NCBI GenBank assembly: GCA_009602725.1
Contig: WELB01000027.1
Span: 332,755-392,126, forward strand
Length of the DNA: 59,372 nucleotides
Direction of reading: 5' to 3'
DNA from: Spirogloea muscicola
Taxonomy: Eukaryota
Part shown: one piece after another, positions 1 through 12,668 of the stretch
How positions within the stretch are numbered: position 1 is the stretch's first letter
Layout of the letters: every line of letters starts with the position of its first letter
Made by a program: the position numbers and the translations under genes
The notes under the pieces: model-generated
Told to the model about the DNA's origin: nothing
The model's input: only the letters and a program-made list of their open reading frames with translations
The model's database searches: none

Positions 1-228
1 TCAGGCGTATGCTCTGCATCAGAAAGCTGGTCGAGCCTTAGCTGCTGGCACAAGAGCTAGTCAATTGCTGTCCGGTATTCGAGCGTCAGCTAGCGACCTC
101 TATGTGCTGACTCGTGGTTACTGAGCGGGTCAGCTTAGCAGCAGGTGACGTACATTTGTCCAATGTGCTTGCCTTTGTACTTGGCCACACATGGCCTCCC
201 CATCTCTTAATATACACGCATTTTCTGA
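1..228 (+). mobile_element. 3' end of RLE-type non-LTR retrotransposon (partial at window edge)
   Basis: Translates QAYALHQKAGRALAAG...ASDLYVLTRGY*, matching the C-terminus of the 34660-35154 copy (MAHALHLRAGRALAAG...LSDLRLLTRNY*). It is followed by the 3'UTR motif atgtgcttgcctttgtacttggcc, also seen at 40722 and inverted at about 307-338. Confidence 0.75.
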
Positions 229-278
229 TGGGCGAAGGCGGGTACCGGCCAGGCTAGCGGCGGGTAAAGGTGAAAGAA

Positions 279-510
279 AAAAGATCGTGTATTAGAAAGA
301 AATGTAGGCCAAATGGCCAGGTACAAAGGCAAGCACATCTTAAAATCAGTGAAAGGGTGAGGGAATAGCAATCCCAGGCTACACTGGCCTTGGGGATAAG
401 GGTGGAGGGGCAGAGCAGCAATACCGGTCTCAGGGCTACACTGGCCTTGGGATTGAGGGTGGAGGGTGGAGCCAAATAGGCCAAAGCGGCTGCTCCAAAA
501 ACAATTCCAT
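279..510 (-). mobile_element. 3'UTR fragment of the same non-LTR family, tail-to-tail with 1-228
   Basis: The reverse complement contains atgtgcttgcctttgtacctggccatttggcct...ctaatacacg. There is an internal ~57-bp duplication (ggctacactggccttggg at about 377 and 434). Confidence 0.55.
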
Positions 511-594
511 TCTTTCTGACCGGCATAAGCGAGCGGAGGGCTAGGACCGAGCAGTTCTGCTCGGTCCTGTCTCCTTCCCTGAGCCGATTTCTCC

Positions 595-665
595 GCCGCC
601 GCCGCCGCCGCTGTCGTCGTCGCTCCTGCCGTCGTCGCTGCCGCTGTCGTTGCCGCTGCCGCCGT
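595..665. repeat. (GCC)n/(GTC)n degenerate trinucleotide repeat
   Basis: Directly visible in the sequence. Confidence 0.85.
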
Positions 666-1412
666 CCCCGCTGATACATCAGCGGACATCGAGCGCGCGT
701 TGGCCGTGCCAAGAAGGCACGGGTAGGCGTGGAAAACCGGATCTGCCCTTGAGGAGCCTTCTACCGGAGAACTCCGTCCACCAGTGCGTAAACAGGCGCA
801 TTGGCAAGACACGCTCTGAACATTGTCACAGAGATCATTTGTCTGCATTGTTGACTATATCATCTACGGGGGATGCATTATATGCATCTTTGCATGTACT
901 AACAAAGATCCGCTAGTAGTGCAAACAGCAATAGAGCACTAAGTCCCTAATTGGGCGTACATTGATACCGGCACTTGATACCTTGAGTTACCGGGTTACT
1001 GGCACTCAATACACATGGTCACTTGTCACTGAGACCACTGGTGACCGTGCCCAAGACCCTAAGGGGTCATTTATCAATACCAAATCTAGTTCATTGCACT
1101 GCTGTTGATTGCTTGGTGTCGTCCACTCACTCGTGTACAGGACCGAGTAGAGCTCTTCGTTGTTTGAGATCTGATTCTTGCCTCAGAGATTGTCTTGGAT
1201 AGAGCTTGTGGCATTGATTCTGATTTCTACACCGAGGTTGTGTCTTTGTGTGGCTACGACATTTCAGGCTGTTCACAATAGTGCATGGACTTAAGAAGCG
1301 GCCAAACCATTGACACTGTTGAGCCGCCAGTTGACACATTAGCATTGCCGGTGTGGCTGATTTGCCTGCAGGAGACTCAGCAGTTATCCCCCGCAGACCA
1401 CGCCGCGCCATC

Positions 1413-2720
1413 ATGTCAGGTACGCCAGGTGGTGACTCTCTGGCCAAAGTGAAACTTCATTACAATGCAGAGCTCTGTCAGCTAAGATTGCTGGGCAGTA
1501 CTATCAGTCGGGGTGATCAATTGCTGTTACTGGGGCCTTACTTTAGCTATGAGGCAGCAGATGTCTATGAGAGGCTGAAAGACGACCTCTTAACTAGGAC
1601 AACACCAGTCCCAGACAATGCATCAGCTGCAGAATAAGAAAGGGGTCCACAGTTGTTAGAGGATCCAGTCAAAGAGATGCTTAAGGCCTTAGAAGAACAG
1701 TTTCCCGAGAATACCAATATCTATAAACAGGAATTATTCAGGTTTAGCCGACTTCCGGATGAGTCAACAACCTTATATTATTTCCGGTTTGTAAAGCTTA
1801 TCGGAAAATCAGATACCCGCATCGCAAGTAGGAACTAGCACTGCAGTTCTTGCGTGTGATAGCGGGCAGGGATCTTAAGCGAATCCAGACTCTATTGTGG
1901 GTACGTCGTCAGCAGCTAGGAGAAACAGAGTATGACCTTAAGGATATCTACAAGGTCATGATGGAAAAGGAAGCTGACGATTTTTCGCTCCACATTGCGG
2001 ATGAGAGATTTGCAGGCAGTGGAAGTCTTCAGGGCTCCTCCAAAGTTGATATGATATCAGAAGGTATCAAGAGTGCTAATGCTGCTTTGACTTCTGATGT
2101 TCAGTATGTTGAGAGATTTTCTGGCCATCCTCGCCTGATCCCGGAGTGTCGTGGGTGTGGAAGGAAAGGCCATCTTAAGAAAGACTGCACAGTTTTGCAT
2201 CAGACTGCTGGTGCTAGGTGTGCATTGTCAAGGTCAGGTCACGTTGAACAGCAGTGCTGGCGTCAGTACCCTGAGAAAATGCCTATGTCTCTGAGAAGCA
2301 AGGTAGTTGCGGGGAATCCGCTACCATCGACCAATAGAGATGCTGAGTCTCAGGATGCTAAGTTTGACCAGATGGCTAGACAGATTGCTGAACTGACCAA
2401 GCAAATTGCTGTTATTCAGAAGCAGCAAGACTATAAGGTAGCTTCGTCTGTATTCCCTGATGGGAACATGCAGGAGGACGAGGATTTTCGTCCCGGCAGG
2501 GATGATCAGCACAATTCGGATGATGAGGATGAATGTGATGCCCATTTTGTTTCTGTTGTTGCAGCATTACCTGCAGCTATGACCAGCCAAGCAAGCAACC
2601 GACTTCTGTGGCTATGGTGGACAATACCAGTGGTATAAATCAAGTTACAACAGATTCTGCTACAGCAAAGCCAACCCTGGTAGTCCTGAACACAGGTGCT
2701 CAGCCCATCCTTATTGGTGC
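1413..2720 (+). mobile_element. Decayed LTR-retrotransposon gag plus aspartic protease fragment (copy 1)
   Basis: CCHC zinc knuckle CRGCGRKGHLKKDC (about 2147-2188), a second degenerate knuckle (SGHVEQQC) and protease motif VLNTGAQP (LLDTGAQP in the other copies). Stops at 1637 and 1838 plus frameshifts. Homologous to 35742-37480 and 37560-39325. Confidence 0.85.
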
Positions 2721-3170
2721 TTTGCTGAGACCTTGGCAGGGAGATCCTGCCGCAACCAAGTTCACAGGAGGAAGACGGCGCAGCATTCCTGGCTGAACTG
2801 CCTGCTTGAAATCCTGTGGTAACATGGTATCCCATTGGTCAAAAGTTGACTGTTGAAGCAATGTTGGGTATTGTTGGAGCAGAAGGTTGATATGGTGCTG
2901 AGCGGTCTCTCGAGCTTCGTCGTCAATGTCGATGGAAAAGTACCGAGCCACCTTAATGTGACTCTGGCATGCCGCCTTCAACCCGTTGGCAGTACCACCA
3001 AACAGCTCCAACTGGAGCTGTTTGGTGACAATGCCCTCTGGGGGCAAATTCCAATCGATGACTCCGTGGTAAAATACTCCCATCCTGTCCACCAACTCGG
3101 TGCCGGCATTTGTGTGTACAATAGGAGGCTGCGCCTTCAGAGTCTCTTCAAGCCACGCCTTGTCAGCTCG
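2721..3170 (-). pseudogene. C5 cytosine DNA methyltransferase fragment (motifs I-IV), left arm of palindrome
   Basis: LELFGG (motif I), IDID (II), QDF (III), VNLVAAGSPCQGLS (IV, catalytic PC). Truncated just after motif IV. Confidence 0.85.
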
Positions 3171-3198
3171 CATTTGACCCACCAAAGGAAAGCATAGG

Positions 3199-3635
3199 CG
3201 AGCAGACGAGGCGTGGGTTGAAGGGACTCTGAAGGCGCAGCCTCCTATTGTACACACAAATGCAGGCACCGAGTTGGTGGACAGGATGGGAGTATTTTAC
3301 CACGGAGTCATCGATTGGAATTTGCCCCCAGAGGGCATTTCATGTTGGAGCTGTTTGGTGGTACTGCCAACGGGTTGAAGGCGGCATGCCAGAGTCACAT
3401 TAAGGTGGCTCGGTACTGTTACATTGACATTGACGATGAAGCTCGAGAGACCGCTCAGCACCATATCAACCTTCTGCTCCAACAATACCCAACATTGCTT
3501 CAACAGTCAACTATTGACCAATGGGATAACATGTTACCACAGGATATCACGCAGGCAGTTCAGCCAGGAATGCTGCGCCGTCTTCCTCCTGTGAACTTGG
3601 TTGTGGCAGGATTTCCCTGCCAAGGTCTCAGCAAA
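3199..3635 (+). pseudogene. C5 cytosine DNA methyltransferase fragment (motifs I-IV), right arm of palindrome
   Basis: MLELFGGTANGLKAA...YIDID...QDI...VNLVVAGFPCQGLS. Near-identical reverse complement of 2721-3170, with a 1-nt frameshift just before motif I. Confidence 0.85.
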
Positions 3636-4196
3636 AATAAAGAGCTTCCTCCATTTCAAGTTCTGGTAAAAGCACACCATGTCATCTGTTGGTTACTTCA
3701 TGTCAGTTATCCAGCGCAATATTGATGTAGTTCTTTGATTTCTCGGCTTTTCGTTGCTTTTTACTTTTCTTTCATAATGTGGACGTTGCCAACCACGTGT
3801 ACTCTGACGTGTCACCTGAATTCTTTACAAATCTGCCCTATCGACATTCCCTTGCAATCGACACTCTATGGCATGACAAAGGGCCGGAAAGAAACAGCTC
3901 CTCTTTTCACTTGAATGCAATGGCCGCGATAGGAAGAAGAACAGTAAACTCATCTAAAGTGGGCGAGGGCTGTGAAAAGCCAGCCCGAAAAGGACTTTGA
4001 CGTTGTCCGAAAGGCCGGAAAGAAAACGCGACGAGGCACGTCATCCGGCACCCCGTCGGTGGGTGAGAGGCTGACGCGGTAGTCCCCTCCCTGCGATAAC
4101 CACGTGGCGCTAATGTCGGGGAAAGGCATCGGCTCGGTCGTCAGCATGTGTGTGCCACTCCGGCGCCCCCCGCGCCTGAGTTATACCCCCCCCCCC

Positions 4197-4327
<131 letters not shown>

Positions 4328-4491
4328 NTTTTTTTTTTTTTTTTTTTTTTCCGATCTGCCTGGCAGGCGCTCGAGCGCCGGGCCGGCGAGCCGGCCATGG
4401 AGGGTCGCCGCTGGCACGCCGCCCCTGTGGAGCCGCGGGCGCGGCGCCGCTGGCAGCTGCCACTGATTCCGGCGGCCTTCTTCGGCCCACC

Positions 4492-7400
4492 ATGAAGGGC
4501 CGCGCGGAGGCGGGGCGGCAGCGGGCCTCCGCCAAGCACGGGCGCGCTCAGGACGGCGGCGGCGCTGCCGTCGCTGTGCTCGGAAAGGCCGCAAAGGGCT
4601 CTGGAAAACCTGCCGCCGTGGACGCCGCCGCCGCCGCCGCCGCCGCTGCCGCCGGCAAGGCCATCTTTGCCGGCGTTCACGCACTGTTCGTGGAGGAGGG
4701 AGTGCCGCCCGTCCGGCTGCAGGTCAGGCTCCGCGGCATAGGGAAACTCTGCTTTAAGGCCCTCAGATGCTCTCAGTGACTGTAGCTGATGTCGGGACAG
4801 GCGGTCCTGAGACGCCGCCGCAGGTGTGGAAGCGGCGGCTGGAGCAGCTCGGCGGCGTGGCCGAGCACCACATGGTGCGGCGCGTGACGCACGTGCTCGC
4901 CGCCTCCTGGAAGCACGTCGAGTCGCGGCTCGGCTCTGAGCGCGCCCGCAAGCTCAAGGCGGTGGGTCCCACTGCGGCCCTGCTACCTTGCACTCGTGCT
5001 GTGCCTGCATTGTCCATCGAGACCCGCCCGGAGACACAATCTTGCCTCAGTGAGCTGCTCTTTACCAGCCTTTAGCATAGCCACGAATGATCGTGCTGTG
5101 GCGTCTCAATCAGCAGGTGTATGCTACAGACTGGCTGATCTATGATGCTAACACTGTGGCCTCGTATCGGTGCGCCAGGTGGCAGCAGCATACTCGTGGT
5201 TGGAGGACAGCCTGACTCGTGGGGAGCGGCTTCCTGCGGAGCAATACCGCCTGGCTGGGGCTCCTGAGGGAGCTGGCGAGCAGAGCTCCGACTCGAGCTT
5301 TGTCTTCTCGCAGGACACGCAGCCGCTGTCGGCGTCCCTGACCGGCACCAGTATCGCATCGCCGCCGTCAGCGCTCAGCAAGCGGCGGCGAAGCGAGGGC
5401 GCTGGCGACAAGGACCAGGAGCACTGGCTGCGTGCAATCCATGACGGCGCCCAGTATGGCGCCGTCCACGGCCGCAGCGGGTCCAAGGAGAAGGCCAGGC
5501 TGCGCGCTGCTGCAGCGGAGGACGCAGAAGATGGAGGGCGTGAGGAGACTGGGGAGGGTGGCGGGGTCCTATCCGCTGCCCGTGGTGAAGGAGAGGAGGA
5601 CGACGAGGCCGGCAGCGACACCGGCAGCGGCGTCAGCAGCGGCAGCCGCAGCTCCGGTCACAAACATACAGGCGCGACAGTCTCCCAGAGTGACACTGTG
5701 AGCTCCCTTTCCCTCCCTTCCTGCTCCTCTCGCTTAAGGAGTTGAGCACATTTCCATAGATTGGGGTTACCAGCATAGTCACGTAGCCGTTATTGCTTTT
5801 TGCAGTCTGCGCTGGTGTACGTACTCCCGGACCTGAATGCCCACATAACTGGGCCCTTCAAGGAGCTCCAGAGCATCTACAGTGATGGTATGTACGTGCC
5901 TTTATCCGTATGTACGTGCCTGCCCTCCCTTTCATTGCCTGCTTGCCTCTTCCCTACTCCTTCATGGTCCTTGTCTGTATGTCAGCCTGTCCTGAGCCGA
6001 AGGCAGGTGACGGTGTGGTGCGCAGCGCTTGGGGACGATCGGCGCTACTTCAGCTACTACAAGGCCCTTTCAGTGCTTGAGAAGTTGCCATTCAAGATTA
6101 CAAGCGCTGACCAAGTCAAGGGCCTGCCTGCCATTGGCAAATCCCTACAAGACCACGTGAGATGCCAACCCCCTCCTTGCGAGTCTCGCAAAGTAAAGTA
6201 AAGTAACATGCAGCCCCAATGATCATTTGGATGGAGACTGTAAGAGACACTTGTGGCGTTAAAAGGAACTGTCCAGAATGCTCTGCAGGAGTTTGTAGTG
6301 CCTGGTATTGCTGCTGCATTATCAGATCCTGGAACAAGCTGTATGCGTACAATGCCCTTACCGGGCTTGTGATCTAATATAGGGACATCGAATTGTGCGC
6401 TGCAGGTAAGGGAGATCTTGGCAACAGGAAAGCTGCAGAAGCTTGAGAACTACAAGACTGACGAGAAGGTGAGGCAGGGGTAGCATGAGATGCCAACACG
6501 AAGCCGGCTTGGCTCTTGTGCAGAGCAGTCACAGGGCCGCATGATCTGGGCCGCAGGTGGTGGCGGTGCAAAGATTCGGGTCAGTTTGGGGCATCGGCCC
6601 CGTGACAGCGCGCAGGCTCTACGACATGGGCTACCGGACGCTGGAGGAGCTGGCACACGAGCCGTCACTAATGCCTGCACAGCGTGTCGGTCTACAGTTT
6701 CATGCTGACATAAGCAAGCGCATCCCTCGTGCCGAGGCAAGCCACCGCCGCCAGTACTTGACTTTTACCCTCAGACTGACGTTCGCAAGCTAGCTCCTCC
6801 GCAAGTATGTGTAGAGATGTCTCGTGTGAATTACTTTGTCCCTCTTAGTGCGACCCTGCTCATTTTGCAGGTGGAGGTGATGGAGAAGCTCGTCCAGGAT
6901 GTTGCACAGGAGATTCAGCCTGGGGTACTCACCTTTGCAACCACCCCAACTCCTTCCGTGTGATTATATGAGGTGGCAATAGATGTACATGCATGCAAAA
7001 GATCTTTGACTCAACTGTACTGCTTATGCAAGGGGCAAAACGCAACCTTATCTAATGATAGACATTCTTGCTGCATATCAAAGTCATTGTGTCTTTGTGC
7101 AGATATCTGTCCTTTGCGGAGGCTCCTACAGGCGAGGGAAGGCCACTGTTGGGGACATGGACATGGTTGTCACTCATCCCGATGGCCGCAGGTACATGAT
7201 TCAACTGTAGCTCAAGTAACCAAGTCTCACCCTTTATGTGTTCAGTATTTAAGAATCATCAAAACTTGAGGCTCTCAGGCCTGACTTCACCACAATCAGC
7301 AATCAGCATTCGAATTCAGCTGTCAGCTATAGGTTCAGTATCCATCATTAATTTGTCGAGACAAGGTGCACTGCCCTTCTACAAGTTGAGCCTCCTATGC

Positions 7401-8831
7401 CTTTTGCAGTGCCCGTACACATTAATGAGCTCGTCATTCCTCGCCTCCTAGGTCTTTCTAGCCTCGTCCTGTCTGCCATTTCTTGTGCATTTATAGATTC
7501 TTGAGCATGCAGATCGTATTGGGACACTCTGTCATCGTCTTGCTGTGGTCTGCAGTCATAGGGGATTCTTGCCAACGCTGGTCAAAGTGCTCAAGGACAG
7601 GGACTTTGTGACTGAAGACCTGATGGTGGGCCCAGTCAACAGCCTCGATGTAAGCCTCAGCCGCAGCTTTCCAATCGTTATAGCTCGTATTTGATTGCAA
7701 TAAGCAGAGTCGAATCAATTCTTAAGATAATTTGTAGCTGCTTGCAAGTTCAGTTTACATTGTTGCAGCAACATGTCATGCTTGACATCCCTGTGAGGGA
7801 TATCGTGTTTTTGTGTCAAACATCCAGGAGCATAGCAGTGGCGTGGACACCTACTTAGGCCTGTGCAAGTACCCTGGTCGGGAGCAAAGACATCGAATTG
7901 ATTTCAAGGTCGGCTGCAGTTTGGGAGGGTGGTCAATGGCATCTACTGTACAATGCTTCAGATCTTCTCTAGGGTGTAAGGATGAGACCCTGTTTAGCAT
8001 TGCTCGTTGCACCAGCCTGGAGCCGCTGTACTCTCGGCGAAAGAACTTAACTGGAAGGCCCACATTGTCCATCCTGATCTCCAGATTCTGGATGCAGGTG
8101 TATCCAACTGAGCAGTACGCTTTTGGCCTCATTGCCTGGACTGGCAATGATGTCCTCAACCGGAGGTGCGTCAAGTTGTTGGACTGGTGCATGTACTTCA
8201 TGCTGCCCACCTGTGACTGATGTGTGTCCACTGTCAATTCATAGGCGCGCATTTGGAGCTGCCATCCAGCCCTGCAGGCTGCCTTAGATGTTGTAGTCAC
8301 TCCAGGCAAAAGCCGAAATCAGGTTGTTCTCATTCCGTAGTGTTGACATAGATGATGTGAACGCAGGTGATACCTCAGTCATTGTCTGCTTCATACAGGT
8401 TCTCATTATGACGACTACTTATATCTTGGTCATGGCTGCAGGTTGAGGATCTTGGCAGAGTTTAAAGGGTATAAGCTGGACGACCATGGCCTTTTTCCTG
8501 CGGCCCGCGATAATCACCATCATACTGTGAGCAAGCTAGTCTCAAGGCCGCAGTCTGGCTGCTCAAGCCTCCCACTGACTCTGGTGTTATAAAATTTGTC
8601 GGCAAGGCAAAAGCCTGGTTTGCAGCGGGTGGCTGCTTGCTGGCAGCTACTTGCAGTTTGATGTCCACTGTGCTGTGTTGAGCCGACCTTTGCCTCCAAC
8701 TTTGCTTATGGCCTCCTCCCATGATGATGCAGGTGGCTGCTGCACCACGGGGCGTGGAGCTTTTGACGGAGCGCGAGGTTTTTGAGTATCTTGGCTTTCC
8801 GTGGCTGGAGCCTGCAGAGAGAAATCTGTAG
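4492..8831 (+). CDS. POLL: DNA polymerase lambda (X family; BRCT, lyase and nucleotidyltransferase domains), multi-exon
   Basis: BRCT exons [14 protein letters not shown]...VTHVLA...YSWLEDSL; HhH motif [46 protein letters not shown]-terminus [20 protein letters not shown] (TAG 8829-8831). Start codon is tentative. Confidence 0.93.
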
Positions 8832-9997
8832 TATTGATGTGGTTGGTGGGCCAGGCCTCTTGCCCGTCAGGCAACCGGGACTGCTCAAGACAGCATCTGT
8901 GGATGCTTCTGCCAAAGTGGGAAGAGTGCCAGGGGTGTGTTTGTCGAGATAACATGGGGATTGCTATGTTGCGCTCTGCTACTTCAGCAGGTGGGTGAGT
9001 GATTCACATGTGCATAGCACGTGTATCCAGATTATGCTTCGTTAATCCTGTGGTCATGCTATCTGGTCGGCCTTCCATCTGGCATTTAGAGCGGCAAGCG
9101 GTTGACGTGGTTTGTGAGCATGGCCCTCGGTCTTCCTTACTCATTGTCAGCCTTGAGTTCTTCACGAGTGCGGTCTTGGACTTATAGCTGTCTCATGAGC
9201 TCTGTGTGGCTCAAATGAACAACGGTGTGCAGGGTTTTCTATCACCATGCCTACTTGGGCTTGCCATCCACAGCCGTCGCCCTCTTTGAGGAACCCCTTC
9301 AGATTTTACAGCGAAGTGTTGGACTTGGCATCACTTGGTGGGCTTGCCAATCTGCAGCCACGTGAGAGGAGCCGCAACTGGCTGTCCAACGCGAAGTCCG
9401 CCATAAGGTAGGAAGGGAGGTTCTTCCAAGCAAACACTGTCTCTTCCTAGAGAGGCGGTGGCTCGAGAAAGCCAGCCAAGGAATTAGAGTGCTGGAGCAG
9501 GGACTTGGAAAGAAGGCACTGTTTCATAAGGGGCGGTGCAGAGAATGAGCCCCAAGTGAACAGACGAGGTCTGAGACAATTGAGCCCTATTGGAATGGGC
9601 AATGACTGTGAAGTCTATCCTAGAAGTAACAAGGCTGACTTCACTGAATGCCTTGCCAACAGGAGGAGGGGTGCAAACCACAACAGCATGCCATCACAGA
9701 GGCACGCTGCCAACAACACCTGCAAGGTGAACAACTCAGAGGAATTCGTACAAGGACTCGGCGAGGAGAGAAGTTGTAACACCAAGCAAAAGCCCATGGA
9801 AAATCATTGTGGTCTTCCCTTAGCCGGTTGCTTTGGCGCTTCTTCCTGAATAAGCACACCAAATCTGTTGTATACTCCGGGAGCACCCTACAATAGCAAG
9901 CACCTCGACCGGCTGAGAGTGGAAGCCTCTTCCATACTAGCACGGACCTCACCGGCAAGGTACTATATGATACTGGTGGGAGAGTTCGTCAATCCCA

Positions 9998-10610
9998 TTT
10001 GGGCTGGCCGTTAACACCCATCGCCCCCTTCTGGCAGACCACCTTCTATCTTAGCCTGGGGCTCCGCTTTACATAGCCCCATAATCTGCACCAGCTTTTG
10101 CCTGAACGGTGTGTAGGCTTGATTTGGCGTCCCTCTCAAGGAGACTGCTTTCCGGCGGCTAGTCTTTCTGACCTGCTGCTACTTAAGTAGAGGTTACTGA
10201 GTGATTACTATTTATGGGCCTTGCTTGGTCATGTCTTTCAGCGGTTTCCGGCCCCTTCGGACATTGTCAATTTCTTCTGGGCTGGCTGTTCACAGCCCTT
10301 GCCCCCTTTGGGGGCCTTTGTACTTCGTTTGTTTCAAATACACGGAATTTCTCTTTGGGAGAGCCACTTTCTTATTCCACTTCATGCGCACCGTGCTCCT
10401 TTTCCCTTCCGTTCTTTCAGACTTTGTCCATCCCTTTGGGCTGGCCTCTCCCAGCCACCAGTCAATCTGGCCGCGCTTTCGTCTTTCGTATGAGGGAAGA
10501 GGAAGCAGCTTTTTCAATGTAAGGCTGAACACCCACCGTACTCGCTCGGCCACATTGTCAGTCTTCCGCACTCTGTGCATGGGATTGGCCGGCTTTTCAC
10601 AGCCCCTTCT
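9998..10610 (+). mobile_element. Cluster of non-LTR element 3' end fragments
   Basis: 10141-10205 matches the ORF end and stop at 35098-35160. Stem-loop motif copies at 10001, 10279, 10438 and 10587; ttcatgcgcaccgtgctcctt motif at 10381. Confidence 0.7.
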
Positions 10611-10755
10611 TGATGACCAGCAGCCGCCTTCTGTCCACGTTCCGTAGGCCGAATCCAGGGTTGGGGCCAGGGTTGGCCATCACCGGCTCACCAGCGCCGC
10701 CGCCGCCGCGCCGCCGCCGGCGTTGCCGGCNGGCGGCGGCGGCGGCGGCGGCGGA

Positions 10756-12199
10756 ATGGGCGGCGGCGGCGGCGGAGGCGTGGTGGAAGTGACGGGCGCG
10801 GCCCATTGGGACGCGCAGCACGCGCAGGCGCGCCGCGACCGCAAGCTCGTGCGCAGCTCCACTTGCCGCCCCGCCGCTCCGCTGTCGCCGCTTAGTGTTT
10901 ATGGTTTTCCGGGCCGCCCCGAAGCGCCATGGCGCCCGTGGAGTCGTGGGAGCTGCGGCCCGCTCAGAGCTGAGCGCGCTGCCGGGCGCAGGTGGTGGTG
11001 GACTTCACGGCGACGTGGTGCGGGCCCTGCCGGACCATGGCGCCTGTCTTCGCGGAGCTCAGCGCCCGCTACGGCGACGGTGCGCTCTTCCTCAAGGTCG
11101 ACGTCGACGCCTGCCCGGTGAGAGCGCACCGCCCTCACCCCCTGAGCATGGCACTTCGCCAACACTGACGACATACAAAAGACCTGCTCTTATGAAGGAC
11201 TAGTGGGCTGTGACCACAGCGCTCAGGCAGCTTGGTCTGACGACTGAGGCACAGTGCAGCTAGTCGTCAGATGCACCAGACCCAGTCTCTCACTGAAGCT
11301 GTTGAGCACCGAGGGGGTTGACATGCGCCGCCTTGGTGGGCGCACGCTGGCACAGGACGTCGCGCAGCAGTGCCGCGTGCGCGCCATGCCCACGTTCCAG
11401 GTGTACCGGGACGCGAAGAAGCTGGACGAGGTGGTCGGCGCCGACCGCGCTGGGCTGGAAGCTGCGATCAAGAAGCACTACGCCGCCACCAGTGCCGCTT
11501 TCTCGGGCCAGAGCTACAGCCTTCGGAGCGCCGCGCCAGATCAGGACGGCACTCATACATCCGGTGAGCTTGTGCTCATTAGGTGGGACTAGCCTTGTAC
11601 ATGTATATTATGGAGAGAAGTGGTACTCCCAATGGGGGCAAGGGCTGCGAATGTATATTATAGGGCAACTCTTGATTGTCATCTCGGAAATTGCACGAGT
11701 GAGAAGGGTTTTGCACTGAGAGTCCAGCCTAGTGACTGGCTTCAATAATTAACTTCTTTGCAATCCTGCAGTGGCTGTTGAATCAGGACTATGCGCCAGC
11801 TGTGTACTGCTGTGCTCAAGTTGATGAGACAAGCAATGTTCAGTGGTGCACTTTACTGATGACTGACCGCACTCAATATGCCGTTGACATCTGACAGGGG
11901 CCACACAAGCACTGACCCAGTTGCCAGCAGAAGCGACGGCAGTCTATCGTGGCCCGGACGAGTCGGCACCAACAACATCTATCCAGATTCGGCTTCCAGA
12001 CGGCTCCCGGCTGCTCGGCAGATTCAACTTGACAGATACCATAGCTGGGATTCACAGTTTCATCATGTCATCGCAACCCGACCTTGCCTCCAGATTTCAG
12101 CTTGAGATACCCTATCCACACAAAGTTCTCAGTGATACATCGCAAACAATTGAAGCCTGTGGGTTGGCAAATGCAGCAGTGACAGTGAAGTTATTGTAA
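10756..12199 (+). CDS. Thioredoxin (WCGPC) - SHP box - UBX domain protein, 4 exons
   Basis: [13 protein letters not shown] (WCGPC at 11016-11030), FLKVDVD and [14 protein letters not shown] resembles an SHP box; the last exon [19 protein letters not shown]...PYPHKVLSD...GLANA is a p47-type UBX domain. GT-AG joins are in frame. Confidence 0.85.
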
Positions 12200-12668
12200 C
12201 AGCAGCTCCTTCTACTCAGTCCAGCTTGTGTGTATGTACTGCAGTGTCCACAGTAAATGACTAGCCTCTTTGTAAATTGCTGCGGAGGTACGTACTACAG
12301 TACCGAAAGGAACAAAATTCATATCATGGGCATAGATACAGCTTGTGTCGATTCCAGTGGCATTATCGAGACTCTGCAGATCTTTCCCAGCACTAGACAC
12401 GTCATCAAATTCTTCTCCCCTTTTCTCTACTGTCACCGGCACAATCGTCCACAGTGGAGGATGATCTGGAATGGCAGCGTAACCTGCTCTTATTGACCAC
12501 GTCATCTACACAAAAATATCTGAAGGTCCATTCCGATCCAGCTCCCTCCCTTTGCACCTCTTTTCTCGACAAGCTTATAATTCTCTATTCTAGAGGTGGA
12601 TTAAGTACAGTATTGTGCTGGCCTTGATCAAAATTATGCTGGTGAATGCTTCCCTGCCCTACCCTGGT

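Noticed and set aside
164..338. Apparent terminal inverted repeats of a MITE
   Set aside because: Better explained as two non-LTR 3' tails facing each other, since the same motif occurs singly at 40722 and follows an RLE ORF stop.
670..850. Possible RLE fragment on the minus strand (RADPVF...MSADVS)
   Set aside because: Similarity to the 34660 copy is too weak to call by eye.
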